This document shows, one piece after another, positions 36,478 to 44,425 of a stretch of 48,304 nucleotides of DNA (its first letter is position 1; every line of letters begins with the position of its first letter). Both the position numbers and the translations under genes were made by a program. Under the pieces are notes generated by a model that made no database searches, was not told the DNA's origin, and saw only the letters and a program-made list of their open reading frames with translations. The stretch spans positions 1-48,304 of IMG/VR virus record IMGVR_UViG_3300037424_001203, one strand, 5' to 3'. The DNA is from a virus (lineage: Duplodnaviria > Caudoviricetes).

Positions 36478-36698
36478 AAGCCGCTCAGCAAGGCGTCGAT
36501 AAGACCGGCGTCGTCATGATCGCGCAACAGCACCGCCAGCAGCAGCTCGGCCGCCAGCATGTCGGGATGCATCCGGCGCGCATTGGCAGCGCGCTCGAGC
36601 GCGGCATAGGTTTCGTCGCTGACCCAGGCATGCGCGACACAACAGCGCCGCGGCGTCGGCTCCGACGCGGCCGTCGTTGTCGTCGTCAATGCCGTCAT
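36465..36698 (-). CDS. Small RHH-like hypothetical protein
   Basis: AWVSDETYAALERAANARRMHP pattern; coupled to the recombinase. Confidence 0.5.
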   Translation of the reverse strand: MTALTTTTTAASEPTPRRCCVAHAWVSDETYAALERAANARRMHPDMLAAELLLAVLLRDHDDAGLIDALLSGLWRR

Positions 36699-37642
36699 AA
36701 AAACCCGCTCCCGGCTGAGTCCTCGAGCTCGGTCTCGCGCCGGTCGTAGGCCGCCAGCGTTTTCGGATCGACATGGCGCGTGATCTTCATCACCTTGAAC
36801 GGATCCTTGCCGTCAGCGAGCGCCGACGTGACGAAGCCGGCGCGCAGCGAATGGCCGGAGAACAGCTTTTCATCGAGGCCGGCGGCCTTCGCCGTGCGCT
36901 TGACGATTCGCGCCACCGTTCGGTCGCTCAACGCGCCGACGCCGACGCGGCCGTGCCGGTCGACTTCGCGAAAGATCGCGCCGTCCACTATTTTAGCCGA
37001 CGTCAACCAGGCATCGAGCGCGGCCAGCGGCTTGAGCTTGCGCCCCGCCGGCAGCGGCACGACCTGGCCCTTGCCTTCCTGATCGGTCTTCGATCGCCGG
37101 ATATGCAGCAGCGCGCCGCCGGCGACGCGCTCGATGTCATCGACGTTCAGGGCGACCAGTTCGGAGCGGCGCAAGGCCGCGGCGAAGCCGATCAGCAAGA
37201 GAGCGCGGTCCCGCTGTCCCATCAGGTTGTTCGGAAGCGTCTCGAGCATGGTCGCGATCGCCGCGGCCGTCGCCGGCGCCTTGCGCAGCGCCTTGTTGCC
37301 GATCGTGCGGCGGATGCCGCGCATGACGGCGCGCACACCCTCGCTGTCGGTCGGCGATTCGTAGCCCGCCGCCTTGTGCGCGGCCGCGATCGCGGCGATC
37401 GCGCGCTGCAGCGTCGAGGCTTTCTTTCCGGCTTTTGCCAGCCAGGACAGATACTTAGCAACCGTTAGCGGTGCGGCCCGCAATCCGGCCGCCGCCGCGT
37501 CGCTGCAATCGGCACCACCGCTTTGCGCACACCACTCGGAAAACGCAGCAAAATCAGCATTATATGCACGTCGCGTCGCGGCGGATTTCTCGGCGGCGAG
37601 GAATTCTTGAACGGCGGCGAGCGGATCGACCAGCTCGCCCAT
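36695..37642 (-). CDS. Cre-like tyrosine recombinase / resolvase
   Basis: Complete R-K-H-R-H-Y set: LRRSEL, RSKTDQ, GHSLRAG, TRH, AAYDR; N-terminal ATRRAY SAM-like domain. Confidence 0.92.
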   Translation of the reverse strand: MGELVDPLAAVQEFLAAEKSAATRRAYNADFAAFSEWCAQSGGADCSDAAAAGLRAAPLTVAKYLSWLAKAGKKASTLQRAIAAIAAAHKAAGYESPTDSEGVRAVMRGIRRTIGNKALRKAPATAAAIATMLETLPNNLMGQRDRALLLIGFAAALRRSELVALNVDDIERVAGGALLHIRRSKTDQEGKGQVVPLPAGRKLKPLAALDAWLTSAKIVDGAIFREVDRHGRVGVGALSDRTVARIVKRTAKAAGLDEKLFSGHSLRAGFVTSALADGKDPFKVMKITRHVDPKTLAAYDRRETELEDSAGSGFL

Positions 37643-37787
37643 CTTAGCGGATCACAGTCCTAGCAAGGTGCATCATGGTGCATCACCTTGCGGCATGTTG
37701 GTGCGCGCGTGCCCGCTCAGCGCGATCGCAATTCACGCCTAACTACGGCGCCGCCGAGCTGCGGCTTCACGATCTTGGCGCGCGGAA

Positions 37788-37825
37788 TTCTGACGTCCGA
37801 GACTGACGCTTATCGGACACCAGAA
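37788..37825. other. lox-like recombination site (15-bp imperfect inverted arms, 8-bp spacer)
   Basis: TTCTGACGTCCGAGA-CTGACGCT-TATCGGACACCAGAA, 12/15 arm match, about 145 bp upstream of the Cre-like gene. Confidence 0.65.
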
Positions 37826-38061
37826 TGGCCGGGCCGCAGTGCAAACGGTCGATAGTTCGCCGGCGGCGGGCCCGCCTCGGCAAAGCCGGCAAGCGCGACC
37901 GACAGCGCGCGCGCGGCATCAGGCGTCAGGCTTATGTAGCCGCCCGTTTCGCCGTCGGCATCCGACAACGCCAGCATCACGGTCGGCTCGGCTATGCGAT
38001 CGAAGCCGCGCGCCGCGACGAGCCCGTAGGCTTTGAAACCGCGCAGCAGGTTGGCGGTCAT
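37810..38061 (-). CDS. Hypothetical protein
   Basis: TAATG coupling to the upstream ORF. Confidence 0.55.
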   Translation of the reverse strand: MTANLLRGFKAYGLVAARGFDRIAEPTVMLALSDADGETGGYISLTPDAARALSVALAGFAEAGPPPANYRPFALRPGHSGVR

Positions 38062-38267
38062 TACCGAACCGGCCGCTGCGGATCTGGCGACATCGTGCGG
38101 GCCTCTTTGTAGCTCGACGCGCGCGGCCATCTTTGGCTGCGGTTAAGACGATTGATGCGTCTATAGCCCTTCGGCGCGCCACCATGTCGCGTGTGGTTGA
38201 AGCGTATACCTATCGTTCCTGCAAGCGCGTTCGCAACCGCGCCAACGAATCCGCGTCGTCCGAACAT
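38061..38267 (-). CDS. Hypothetical basic protein
   Basis: AGGAG RBS. Confidence 0.55.
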   Translation of the reverse strand: MFGRRGFVGAVANALAGTIGIRFNHTRHGGAPKGYRRINRLNRSQRWPRASSYKEARTMSPDPQRPVR

Positions 38268-38281
38268 ACGATCTCCTGAGA

Positions 38282-38518
38282 TTAGCGCTGCGAATACCGC
38301 GTGCGGCTTTCATCGGCCCGGCCGCGATCGGCGGCGAGCTCGTAGTCGGCAGGCCTGCGGCCGCTGCTCAGCCAGGTCGACAAGTGCCGCGTATCGGCCT
38401 TGGCCTGCGAGCGGTCGACCAGAAACGGATCCATGTCGCCGTTGCGGCCGATGCCGCGAATGCGGCCGATGCGCTCGGCCAAAGCATCGAGCTCGATTGC
38501 GATCTGCCGCGCGCTCAT
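38282..38518 (-). CDS. Hypothetical protein, first gene after the late terminator
   Basis: ATG at 38518 with GGGGTGG upstream. Confidence 0.55.
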   Translation of the reverse strand: MSARQIAIELDALAERIGRIRGIGRNGDMDPFLVDRSQAKADTRHLSTWLSSGRRPADYELAADRGRADESRTRYSQR

Positions 38519-38548
38519 AGGCTGGCCACCCCGCAATTGACAGGCAAC

Positions 38549-38580
38549 AAAAAGCCCGGCCGCCGTTTCCGGCGCCGGGC
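38549..38580 (-). terminator. Terminator (tR'-like) with GAAA tetraloop at the head of the late operon
   Basis: GCCCGGCGCCG-GAAA-CGGCGGCCGGGC followed by TTTTT. Confidence 0.75.
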
Positions 38581-38597
38581 AAAAGTTCGACCTTCAC

Positions 38598-38626
38598 ATG
38601 CTCGTCAAGTCCCAGGCGCACGTCAA
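38598..38626 (-). promoter_or_regulatory. Candidate late promoter TTGACG-N17-GAGCAT
   Basis: Sigma70-like -35, 17-bp spacer, just upstream of the terminator. Confidence 0.35.
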
Positions 38627-38789
38627 CGCGCCTCGGCTGGCGTGGTTAACAATTTGCCATAGCGAAGAAATGGCACCTGGGCCTCGACCGCCATCCACTC
38701 TTGCGACGGATAGAGAAAAACAACGAAATCGCCGCGGCGACTGCGCTTCTCGCCGTCGGCCACCAACGCGTCGGCTGTCGTCTTCACCG

Positions 38790-39470
38790 CTATCGCCACG
38801 GCGCGCGCGGCAATTGCGGCGCGATCGCGATGTGATCTTCAAGCTTGCCGGCCAGGTCGCGGCCAAGCTGCTCGACCGACTCGCACCAGATCGTCCACTC
38901 GAGCCGCGCATAGGCCGCCTCGCGCGGCGCCGGAAACCACATCAGCGGGCAACGCGCGCCCTCGCCGTAATGCCGCGCCTTGCGCCCTTCGACCAGCTGA
39001 CCGCCCTCGCCGACATACTGCACCACCGGCTTGCCGTTGCGCCCGACGATCGGTTCGGGCAGCGGCTCGTAATCCCAGCGCGGCCGCGTGCCCATGCGCG
39101 CGTGCAGCGCCACCAGGCCGACGGTGCCGATCACCAGCGCGCTCAAGGTTGGATCGTCGTCGGACAGAAGCCCGCCAAGCTCATCCATCAACAGCGGTTT
39201 CGATCCCGGCCAGTTGACGCCGACGTCCTCGAGCGCCAGCACCGCCGCTTCCACCACCAGCGCGTCCGGATGCGGCGCACCCAGCGCCAGCGGAAAGCCC
39301 GGCTCGTCCGACCAGTCATCGACCCGCGTGCCGAGATCGGCCAGCCGGAACATCGGCGACATGCCGGCGCTGCCGGTCCATCCGCCAAATTCCTTTTTCG
39401 GCAATTCGTCGCGAAACGCCCATTGCAACAGCTTCTCGGTGTCGACGCGCTTCTGCAGGCGATTGGACAT
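38790..39470 (-). CDS. Conserved alphaproteobacterial phage protein at the antiterminator-Q position
   Basis: EKLLQWAFRDELPK...PHPDAL motif; sits before the promoter/terminator and late genes. Confidence 0.65.
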   Translation of the reverse strand: MSNRLQKRVDTEKLLQWAFRDELPKKEFGGWTGSAGMSPMFRLADLGTRVDDWSDEPGFPLALGAPHPDALVVEAAVLALEDVGVNWPGSKPLLMDELGGLLSDDDPTLSALVIGTVGLVALHARMGTRPRWDYEPLPEPIVGRNGKPVVQYVGEGGQLVEGRKARHYGEGARCPLMWFPAPREAAYARLEWTIWCESVEQLGRDLAGKLEDHIAIAPQLPRAPWR

Positions 39471-39482
39471 GCGGCCGCCAAT

Positions 39483-39872
39483 TCATGAGGGGATTGCAAG
39501 GGTGCGCGCGGCGATCAGATCCAGCGCCGGCAGATAGGCGCCAAGCCCGGTCGGCGCAAAAGCGACATCGGCGCCGACGACGATCGACCAGCCGTCGCGG
39601 CCGCCGCGTTGTCCCGGCGTCGCCAGCGTCGCATGGATCAGCTCGGGCGGTTCGTTGCCGCCGCGCGCGCGCAGCAGGCGCGCCGCCTGGTCGAAGGCGC
39701 GGTCGCGCGTCGGCGCTACGATCGACACCAGCGGCGCCTGCGCCATGTCGATCTCGCAGCCGTCAAGCGTCAGTGTGCGAAGACGGGGAATCGCCATGCG
39801 GGCGATCGCCCGCCGCAGCAGGAAGGTAAGGCGGTAAGATTGATCGAGGGTACGCATGACCAGATCCCCCAC
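39483..39872 (-). CDS. Hypothetical protein
   Basis: ORF track; co-oriented. Confidence 0.5.
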   Translation of the reverse strand: MGDLVMRTLDQSYRLTFLLRRAIARMAIPRLRTLTLDGCEIDMAQAPLVSIVAPTRDRAFDQAARLLRARGGNEPPELIHATLATPGQRGGRDGWSIVVGADVAFAPTGLGAYLPALDLIAARTLAIPS

Positions 39873-39940
39873 ATGGAGGTGTAGCCCCGCAATTATTGCT
39901 GTTCTGTTAAGGGTTTAACGGGCGATTTAAACCTGAAATA

Positions 39941-40135
39941 TCAGGTCTTGTCGGGCGCCGGCACAATCTCGACGTGTTCGCGCGGCGCCCAGAAGGTGTG
40001 AAAGTGGCCGGCCCGGCCAATGCGTACACAGATATCGCTGCCGTGGTCGAAATCGCCCCGCTCGGCGATCTCGGCATCGATCCGGCATCGCAGGCCGGGC
40101 CTCAGCTCGCCCGGCAGAGGAGGTTTGGTCGGCAT
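39941..40135 (-). CDS. Hypothetical small protein
   Basis: GGAGG RBS; flanked by AT-rich intergenic tracts. Confidence 0.55.
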   Translation of the reverse strand: MPTKPPLPGELRPGLRCRIDAEIAERGDFDHGSDICVRIGRAGHFHTFWAPREHVEIVPAPDKT

Positions 40136-40244
40136 CGTCCGGCCCTCCGATCGGCCGGATTATAACCTTCCGCTAAAAACAAAACCAGTTCAAAAACAGA
40201 TAGATAAACTGGCTCGTTGAAGCATCGGTTAAGCCTGCCGGGCG

Positions 40245-40592
40245 CTAGAACAGCGCCGCCAGATCGGCGGCGTCGTCCTCGATCGACTTGGCGCTGGCCT
40301 CGAGCTCGGCCGTCAGCGCCTCCAGCGCCGGGAAAAAGCTGGTTTCGGCCACCGGCGCGATCGGCGCCAGCGGCTCGCCGCTGCCCGGCCGCCGGCCGTG
40401 CACGCTGGCCATCGCCGCCCGCAAGGTCGCGGCGGCCCGGTGCAGGCCGGTCAGCAGCGCCGCCTGCCGTTCGAGCAGGATCTGCGCCTCGCTTTTGTCG
40501 CGCGGCAGCTGCGCCCGGTTGCCGGCGAATTTTACCACCACCGGATCGGCCTTTCCGGCGCGATCGGCCTCCGTCGTCGAATGGTCAGCCAT
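40245..40592 (-). CDS. Hypothetical protein
   Basis: ATG at 40592 overlapping the end of the rep gene. Confidence 0.55.
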   Translation of the reverse strand: MADHSTTEADRAGKADPVVVKFAGNRAQLPRDKSEAQILLERQAALLTGLHRAAATLRAAMASVHGRRPGSGEPLAPIAPVAETSFFPALEALTAELEASAKSIEDDAADLAALF

Positions 40593-41670
40593 GGCTGCGT
40601 TTCCTTTCCTGTTCGGCCTGCGGATCGCCCGCGACACTTTCTGCGCCCTCGTTTGAGGCTTTCGTCGGCGCCGCCGACGGCGGTGGCTTGACCGCGGCCG
40701 GCCCGTGCAGCACCGGCGGCAGCGGCAGACTCGACCCGACGTCGCGCTTCACGATGTGGCGTTTGATCGCGTCGCCGATCGACACCTGGAAATGCGCGGC
40801 GGTGCGAGTCGCGCGGTCGGCGGCGGCGATGATCGCGACCATCGCCGGCGCGTCGTCGCGCAGATCGCGCCGCCAGCGTTCGATCAGCGTCGTCGCGCGC
40901 GTCGTCGGCACGCCCAGCCGCTCGGTCACCAGCCGCGCGCCTTCGGTTTTCAGCCAGGTCTCAGCGTCCAAGGTCTCGGCATCCAAGGCCTCGGCGTCTG
41001 TGGATAGCGCGCCGTTTGGCGCCGCTTTCTTGTCGGTTGCCGCTTCGGCCTCGCCCGCCGCACCGTCGCCGCTGTTATCCACATCCCCTGTTGCTGTTTT
41101 GATTTGATCTGGTCTGGCCGTGACCGACACGGCGACACGCGTGTCGATCCGTGTCTGTGGATAAGCGACTCCCTGGCGCTCGAACTCGTCGAGAATGTCG
41201 GCGACGCCGGCGCCGCGCGCCAACATCTTCTGCTTGATCTTCTGCCGCTTCCTCGATTTTCGCGAGCGCAGGAAACCGGTCGGGTCTTCCTCGTCCGGGT
41301 TTCGCTCCCAGAACGTCACGATCACGTCGTCTTCGATCCACATGACGTCGACGTCCTCGAGCGCGGCGAAGATGCGCGCCAGATCGTCGGCCGGACAGCG
41401 CCAGCTCGCCGCCAGCGCCTTGACGTTGAACCCCTCGACCGATCCGCGCGGCCGGTTGGTGCTGGCGTAGATTTCCAGCCGCCAGACGAAGGCCTCGACC
41501 CGCTCGCGGCTGCACCCCGCCATGTCGGCGACCAGGTTCCACAGATCGGACGTCGGCAGGTCGGCGTGCAGCCGCGACCACGCATAGCGCTTGAGCGAAG
41601 CCTTCTTGGTCGGCTTCGGCGGTTCGGGCGGCGCAGCCAGCGGCCCGTCAGGGTAATCGCCCCACTTCAT
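40585..41670 (-). CDS. Phage replication initiator (replisome-organiser-like N-terminus)
   Basis: W.RLH.D....W..VA...RGSVEGF...WERNP.EED...RSRKSR pattern; internal DnaA boxes and repeats. Confidence 0.75.
   Translation of the reverse strand: MKWGDYPDGPLAAPPEPPKPTKKASLKRYAWSRLHADLPTSDLWNLVADMAGCSRERVEAFVWRLEIYASTNRPRGSVEGFNVKALAASWRCPADDLARIFAALEDVDVMWIEDDVIVTFWERNPDEEDPTGFLRSRKSRKRQKIKQKMLARGAGVADILDEFERQGVAYPQTRIDTRVAVSVTARPDQIKTATGDVDNSGDGAAGEAEAATDKKAAPNGALSTDAEALDAETLDAETWLKTEGARLVTERLGVPTTRATTLIERWRRDLRDDAPAMVAIIAAADRATRTAAHFQVSIGDAIKRHIVKRDVGSSLPLPPVLHGPAAVKPPPSAAPTKASNEGAESVAGDPQAEQERKRSHG
40956..41164. promoter_or_regulatory. Probable replication origin inside the rep gene (DnaA boxes plus 15-bp repeats)
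   Basis: TTATCCACA 41075-41083, TGTGGATAA 41156-41164, TGTGGATAG 40999-41007; three imperfect 15-bp repeats 40956-41000. Confidence 0.6.
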
Positions 41671-42323
41671 GCCTCCACCGCCAGGTTGACCACCGGATCG
41701 AACTTGCCGGCTTCATAGCCCCAGGTGTCCCAGCCGGGACGCGATGTGCGTGAAAACAGCTCGAGACGGCGCTTGGCGTTGACGGCCAAACGCTCAAACC
41801 ATTCGAAGCCCTCCTCCGGTTTGCGCGAATGCTCGCGCCGCACGCCCCGGAAAAAGTTCGGAATCGCCTTGGTCTTTGGCGCACCCTTGATCGCGATGAA
41901 ATATGGCTCGCAGACCGAGCGCAGGCGATAGCCCGGGCCCATCGAAATCTCGTCATTAATGGTGGTTTTGAGCCACGCCCCGCCAGTCGAATAGCGCAAG
42001 CCCCATGCTTTCAGACACTCGCCCGGCCGCGACCGGCCGGCGTCGTGGCCGGCGTAATGCCGCATGATGTCGCCGCCATCGAGGACCATCGGCCAGGTCA
42101 CCCACAGACGAACCACCGCGTCGGGCGCCAGCAGATCGGCCACCGGCAACGCCGCGATGTCATCAAAGCTCATGCGCCCGTAGATCGCCACGGAGCTTTT
42201 CTTTTCCCCTTTCGGCGATCGGTTATAGTTCGGCCACGGCGGATCGATGTCGACGCAGTCATAGACGCCGACATCGAGCGTCTGAAACGGCGGCCGCGCT
42301 TTGAAAAGTGTTGTTGTGTTCAT
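41667..42323 (-). CDS. MT-A70 family N6-adenine DNA methyltransferase
   Basis: IDPPW, LWVT, GPGY.LR..CE, RREHSRKPE, LELFSR..RPGW..WG. Confidence 0.93.
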   Translation of the reverse strand: MNTTTLFKARPPFQTLDVGVYDCVDIDPPWPNYNRSPKGEKKSSVAIYGRMSFDDIAALPVADLLAPDAVVRLWVTWPMVLDGGDIMRHYAGHDAGRSRPGECLKAWGLRYSTGGAWLKTTINDEISMGPGYRLRSVCEPYFIAIKGAPKTKAIPNFFRGVRREHSRKPEEGFEWFERLAVNAKRRLELFSRTSRPGWDTWGYEAGKFDPVVNLAVEA

Positions 42324-42375
42324 TCACCAGTTTCCCCGATCGTTGCCGCCACGGCCCCCAAGGGCCAGCCGCGGT

Positions 42376-42594
42376 TTAAGGCGGACGGATCGCTGGCGTG
42401 CCACGCTGCGGCTTCCGCGTTCGGCGGTGCGCAGTGTCATCAGTGGCACCCCCGCGATCGATGAACACGACGGGCAGAACCACAGCGTTAGCCGCGCGTC
42501 CGGTGCCGACACCCTCGGTTGACTGTTTGGCCAGATCGACGCCGGCGTGACATTTGGCGCTTTTCGGAAACTGGATGATGCGCCGGCGAGCCAT
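42376..42594 (-). CDS. Hypothetical small protein
   Basis: TGATG coupling to 42594..42974. Confidence 0.45.
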   Translation of the reverse strand: MARRRIIQFPKSAKCHAGVDLAKQSTEGVGTGRAANAVVLPVVFIDRGGATDDTAHRRTRKPQRGTPAIRPP

Positions 42595-42974
42595 CACGGA
42601 TACTCGTCGAGAAATCGCCGGGCGAGTGCCGCCACGTCGCCGGCGCCGTCGCCGCGTTCGGCGGCGCGCAGGATGTACGCCCCCGCCTGCCATCGGCTCG
42701 CCGTGCGAACGGCGCGCACCGTTTGGCCGCTGCAATAGACCGCCAGCGCAAACCACAGCGGCGCGAACGGCCAATCGGCGGCCCAGGTGAAGGCGGCGAT
42801 CAGCGACGCGGTGCATGTCACCGCAAATGCAACAGCGGCGGACTCCCATTCCACCGCAAGTCGCTCGCACTCGGCCAGCAGCGGCGGCGCCTGGCGCGAG
42901 ACCGCGTCGGACAGCGGCATCGCGCTGTCGAGCAATGGCGTCAGCCGCGCGTGCGTGCTGCCGGGCGCGGTCAT
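42594..42974 (-). CDS. Hypothetical membrane protein (2 TM)
   Basis: ATGA coupling; hydrophobic segments. Confidence 0.6.
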   Translation of the reverse strand: MTAPGSTHARLTPLLDSAMPLSDAVSRQAPPLLAECERLAVEWESAAVAFAVTCTASLIAAFTWAADWPFAPLWFALAVYCSGQTVRAVRTASRWQAGAYILRAAERGDGAGDVAALARRFLDEYP

Positions 42975-43240
42975 TGCAACATCCCCAGCGCCAGCATGTA
43001 GGTTTCGAGCACCTGCTCCTGCTCGCGCCGCGTGTCGCTGTCGAGCTTGCGCAGCCGGATGACGGCGCGCAGCGCCTTGGCGTCGAAACCGTTGCCTTTC
43101 GCTTCGGCATAGACGTCGCGAATGTCGTCGGCCGTCGCCTTCTTTTCTTCCTCGAGCCGTTCGATGCGCTCGACGATGGCTTTAAGCTGGTCTTTGGCGA
43201 AGCGGTGACTCGCCTCTTCCCGGGCTGGCGCGGCCGTCAT
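42971..43240 (-). CDS. gapR: GapR / DUF2312 (UPF0335) nucleoid-associated protein homologue
   Basis: [48 protein letters not shown]...[10 protein letters not shown]. Confidence 0.93.
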   Translation of the reverse strand: MTAAPAREEASHRFAKDQLKAIVERIERLEEEKKATADDIRDVYAEAKGNGFDAKALRAVIRLRKLDSDTRREQEQVLETYMLALGMLQ

Positions 43241-43386
43241 GGGCAAACACCGCCGCTGCAGGCCCGGATCAGCACCGCCGAGGTCGCGCCGACAAAAACC
43301 GCCAAGCCGGACGCCAGCACCACCAGCGCGTACACCACGCCAGGCCGGTCGAACAAAAAACCGTAAGGATTGTCGTTGCTTGCCAT
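43237..43386 (-). CDS. Small single-TM protein
   Basis: GAGG RBS; ATGA coupling to the gapR homologue. Confidence 0.55.
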   Translation of the reverse strand: MASNDNPYGFLFDRPGVVYALVVLASGLAVFVGATSAVLIRACSGGVCP

Positions 43387-43439
43387 GGAACAGGCCTCGC
43401 GCGGTGAAGTGAAACGGAACGCACGCGACGCCACAAAAC

Positions 43440-43490
43440 TTATCCACAGAGGCCGATAATCCTAGTCCCGGTCAGACCACGTTATCCACA
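43440..43490. promoter_or_regulatory. Two perfect DnaA boxes 42 bp apart
   Basis: TTATCCACA at 43440-43448 and 43482-43490 in non-coding DNA. Confidence 0.75.
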
Positions 43491-43692
43491 GGCCCCGAAC
43501 GCGACTCGACTCTTTGACCGCGCGATCGCGACAATTCGGCGCTCTGCGCAAGCATTCCATTAAGCAACTTCGACGAGTTCCCGATTGTTTAAAAAACCGA
43601 GGTTGGCTGTACAAATTTCACACCGTAGGATTGCCCCAACAACAAACATTGGGGGGATCCATGGCCGTCGTCTTGTCGTTCCCATCGAACCG

Positions 43693-43932
43693 TCACGCGC
43701 CGGCCCGCTCCAAACTCCGCGCCGCCAGCCGTGTGAAGGCATCGGACGACAAGCCCGCCGCCCGCGCGCGCTTGGTCGCCAGTACCGACGCCCACCAGGA
43801 CGACGGGATGTTGTCGCGCTGCGCCCATTTTTTGACCCGCTCTGCCGTGCAGTCGTTGCCGACGTCCTTGGCCATGTCGGCGTATTTTGGCCAAAGCAAC
43901 AGCACGGCCCTAAATGATTCGAGTTTAGCCAT
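43693..43932 (-). CDS. Cro-like HTH regulator
   Basis: VKKWAQRDNIPSSWW pattern; divergent from the cI-like gene. Confidence 0.8.
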   Translation of the reverse strand: MAKLESFRAVLLLWPKYADMAKDVGNDCTAERVKKWAQRDNIPSSWWASVLATKRARAAGLSSDAFTRLAARSLERAGA

Positions 43933-43944
43933 GACCGAATCATT

Positions 43945-43959
43945 AGGACGGCATGTCCC
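43945..43959. promoter_or_regulatory. Repressor operator GGAC-N5-GTCC (cro side)
   Basis: AGGAC-GGCAT-GTCCC; same palindrome as 44346-44384. Confidence 0.75.
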
Positions 43960-44017
43960 TTTATGCAAGGTTAGCCCGTCCCATGACTGTGGCCTGTTTG
44001 CGCCGGAGAATGCTCCG

Positions 44018-44332
44018 ATGGCAAAAAGTCACACCAAAAGCGGATATCGGGCCGAGTTTCTTGCGCGCACCAAGGCGGCGCGGCGCTCGCGCGGCTTTAC
44101 TCAAGTCCAGATGGCCGAAATTCTCGACATGGACCAAGGAAAATATAAGCAGTACGAAACGCGAACCTATCTCCCCCACGACTACGTGCCTCGGTTTTGT
44201 CTCGTCTGCGGGATCGACGCCACATGGCTTTTTACCGGCATCGGCCGCATGACGATTCCGCCGGACCTGCCGATCGAGCAGGCGCGCGCCAGATCGACAC
44301 AACGCAAGCGAGGCCAAGCCGCGTTGCTTTAG
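44018..44332 (+). CDS. CI-like XRE/HTH_3 repressor lacking an S24 peptidase domain
   Basis: GGAG RBS; RGFTQVQMAEILDM...YET...WLFTG; 104 aa. Confidence 0.85.
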   Translation: MAKSHTKSGYRAEFLARTKAARRSRGFTQVQMAEILDMDQGKYKQYETRTYLPHDYVPRFCLVCGIDATWLFTGIGRMTIPPDLPIEQARARSTQRKRGQAALL

Positions 44333-44345
44333 GCGTTTGCACAAA

Positions 44346-44388
44346 GGGACGCAGTGTCCTTGACATCATAGGACGCAAGGTCCCTAAT
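44346..44388 (+). promoter_or_regulatory. Early promoter TTGACA-N17-CCTAAT flanked by two GGAC-N5-GTCC operators
   Basis: GGAC-GCAGT-GTCC 44347-44359; TTGACA 44360-44365; GGAC-GCAAG-GTCC 44371-44383. Confidence 0.8.
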
Positions 44389-44425
44389 CCCCGGAGCAGA
44401 TTCGTACCGCTCCCGGGAGACCGCC

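Noticed and set aside
37661-37691. Inverted repeat GCAAGGTG...CACCTTGC upstream of the Cre-like gene as the crossover site
   Set aside because: Arms are only 8 bp with a long spacer; more likely an operator or RNA hairpin, and 37788-37825 fits lox geometry better
43514-44332. 272-aa version of the repressor
   Set aside because: The extension runs antisense through cro and the operators; RBS and HTH support a start at 44018
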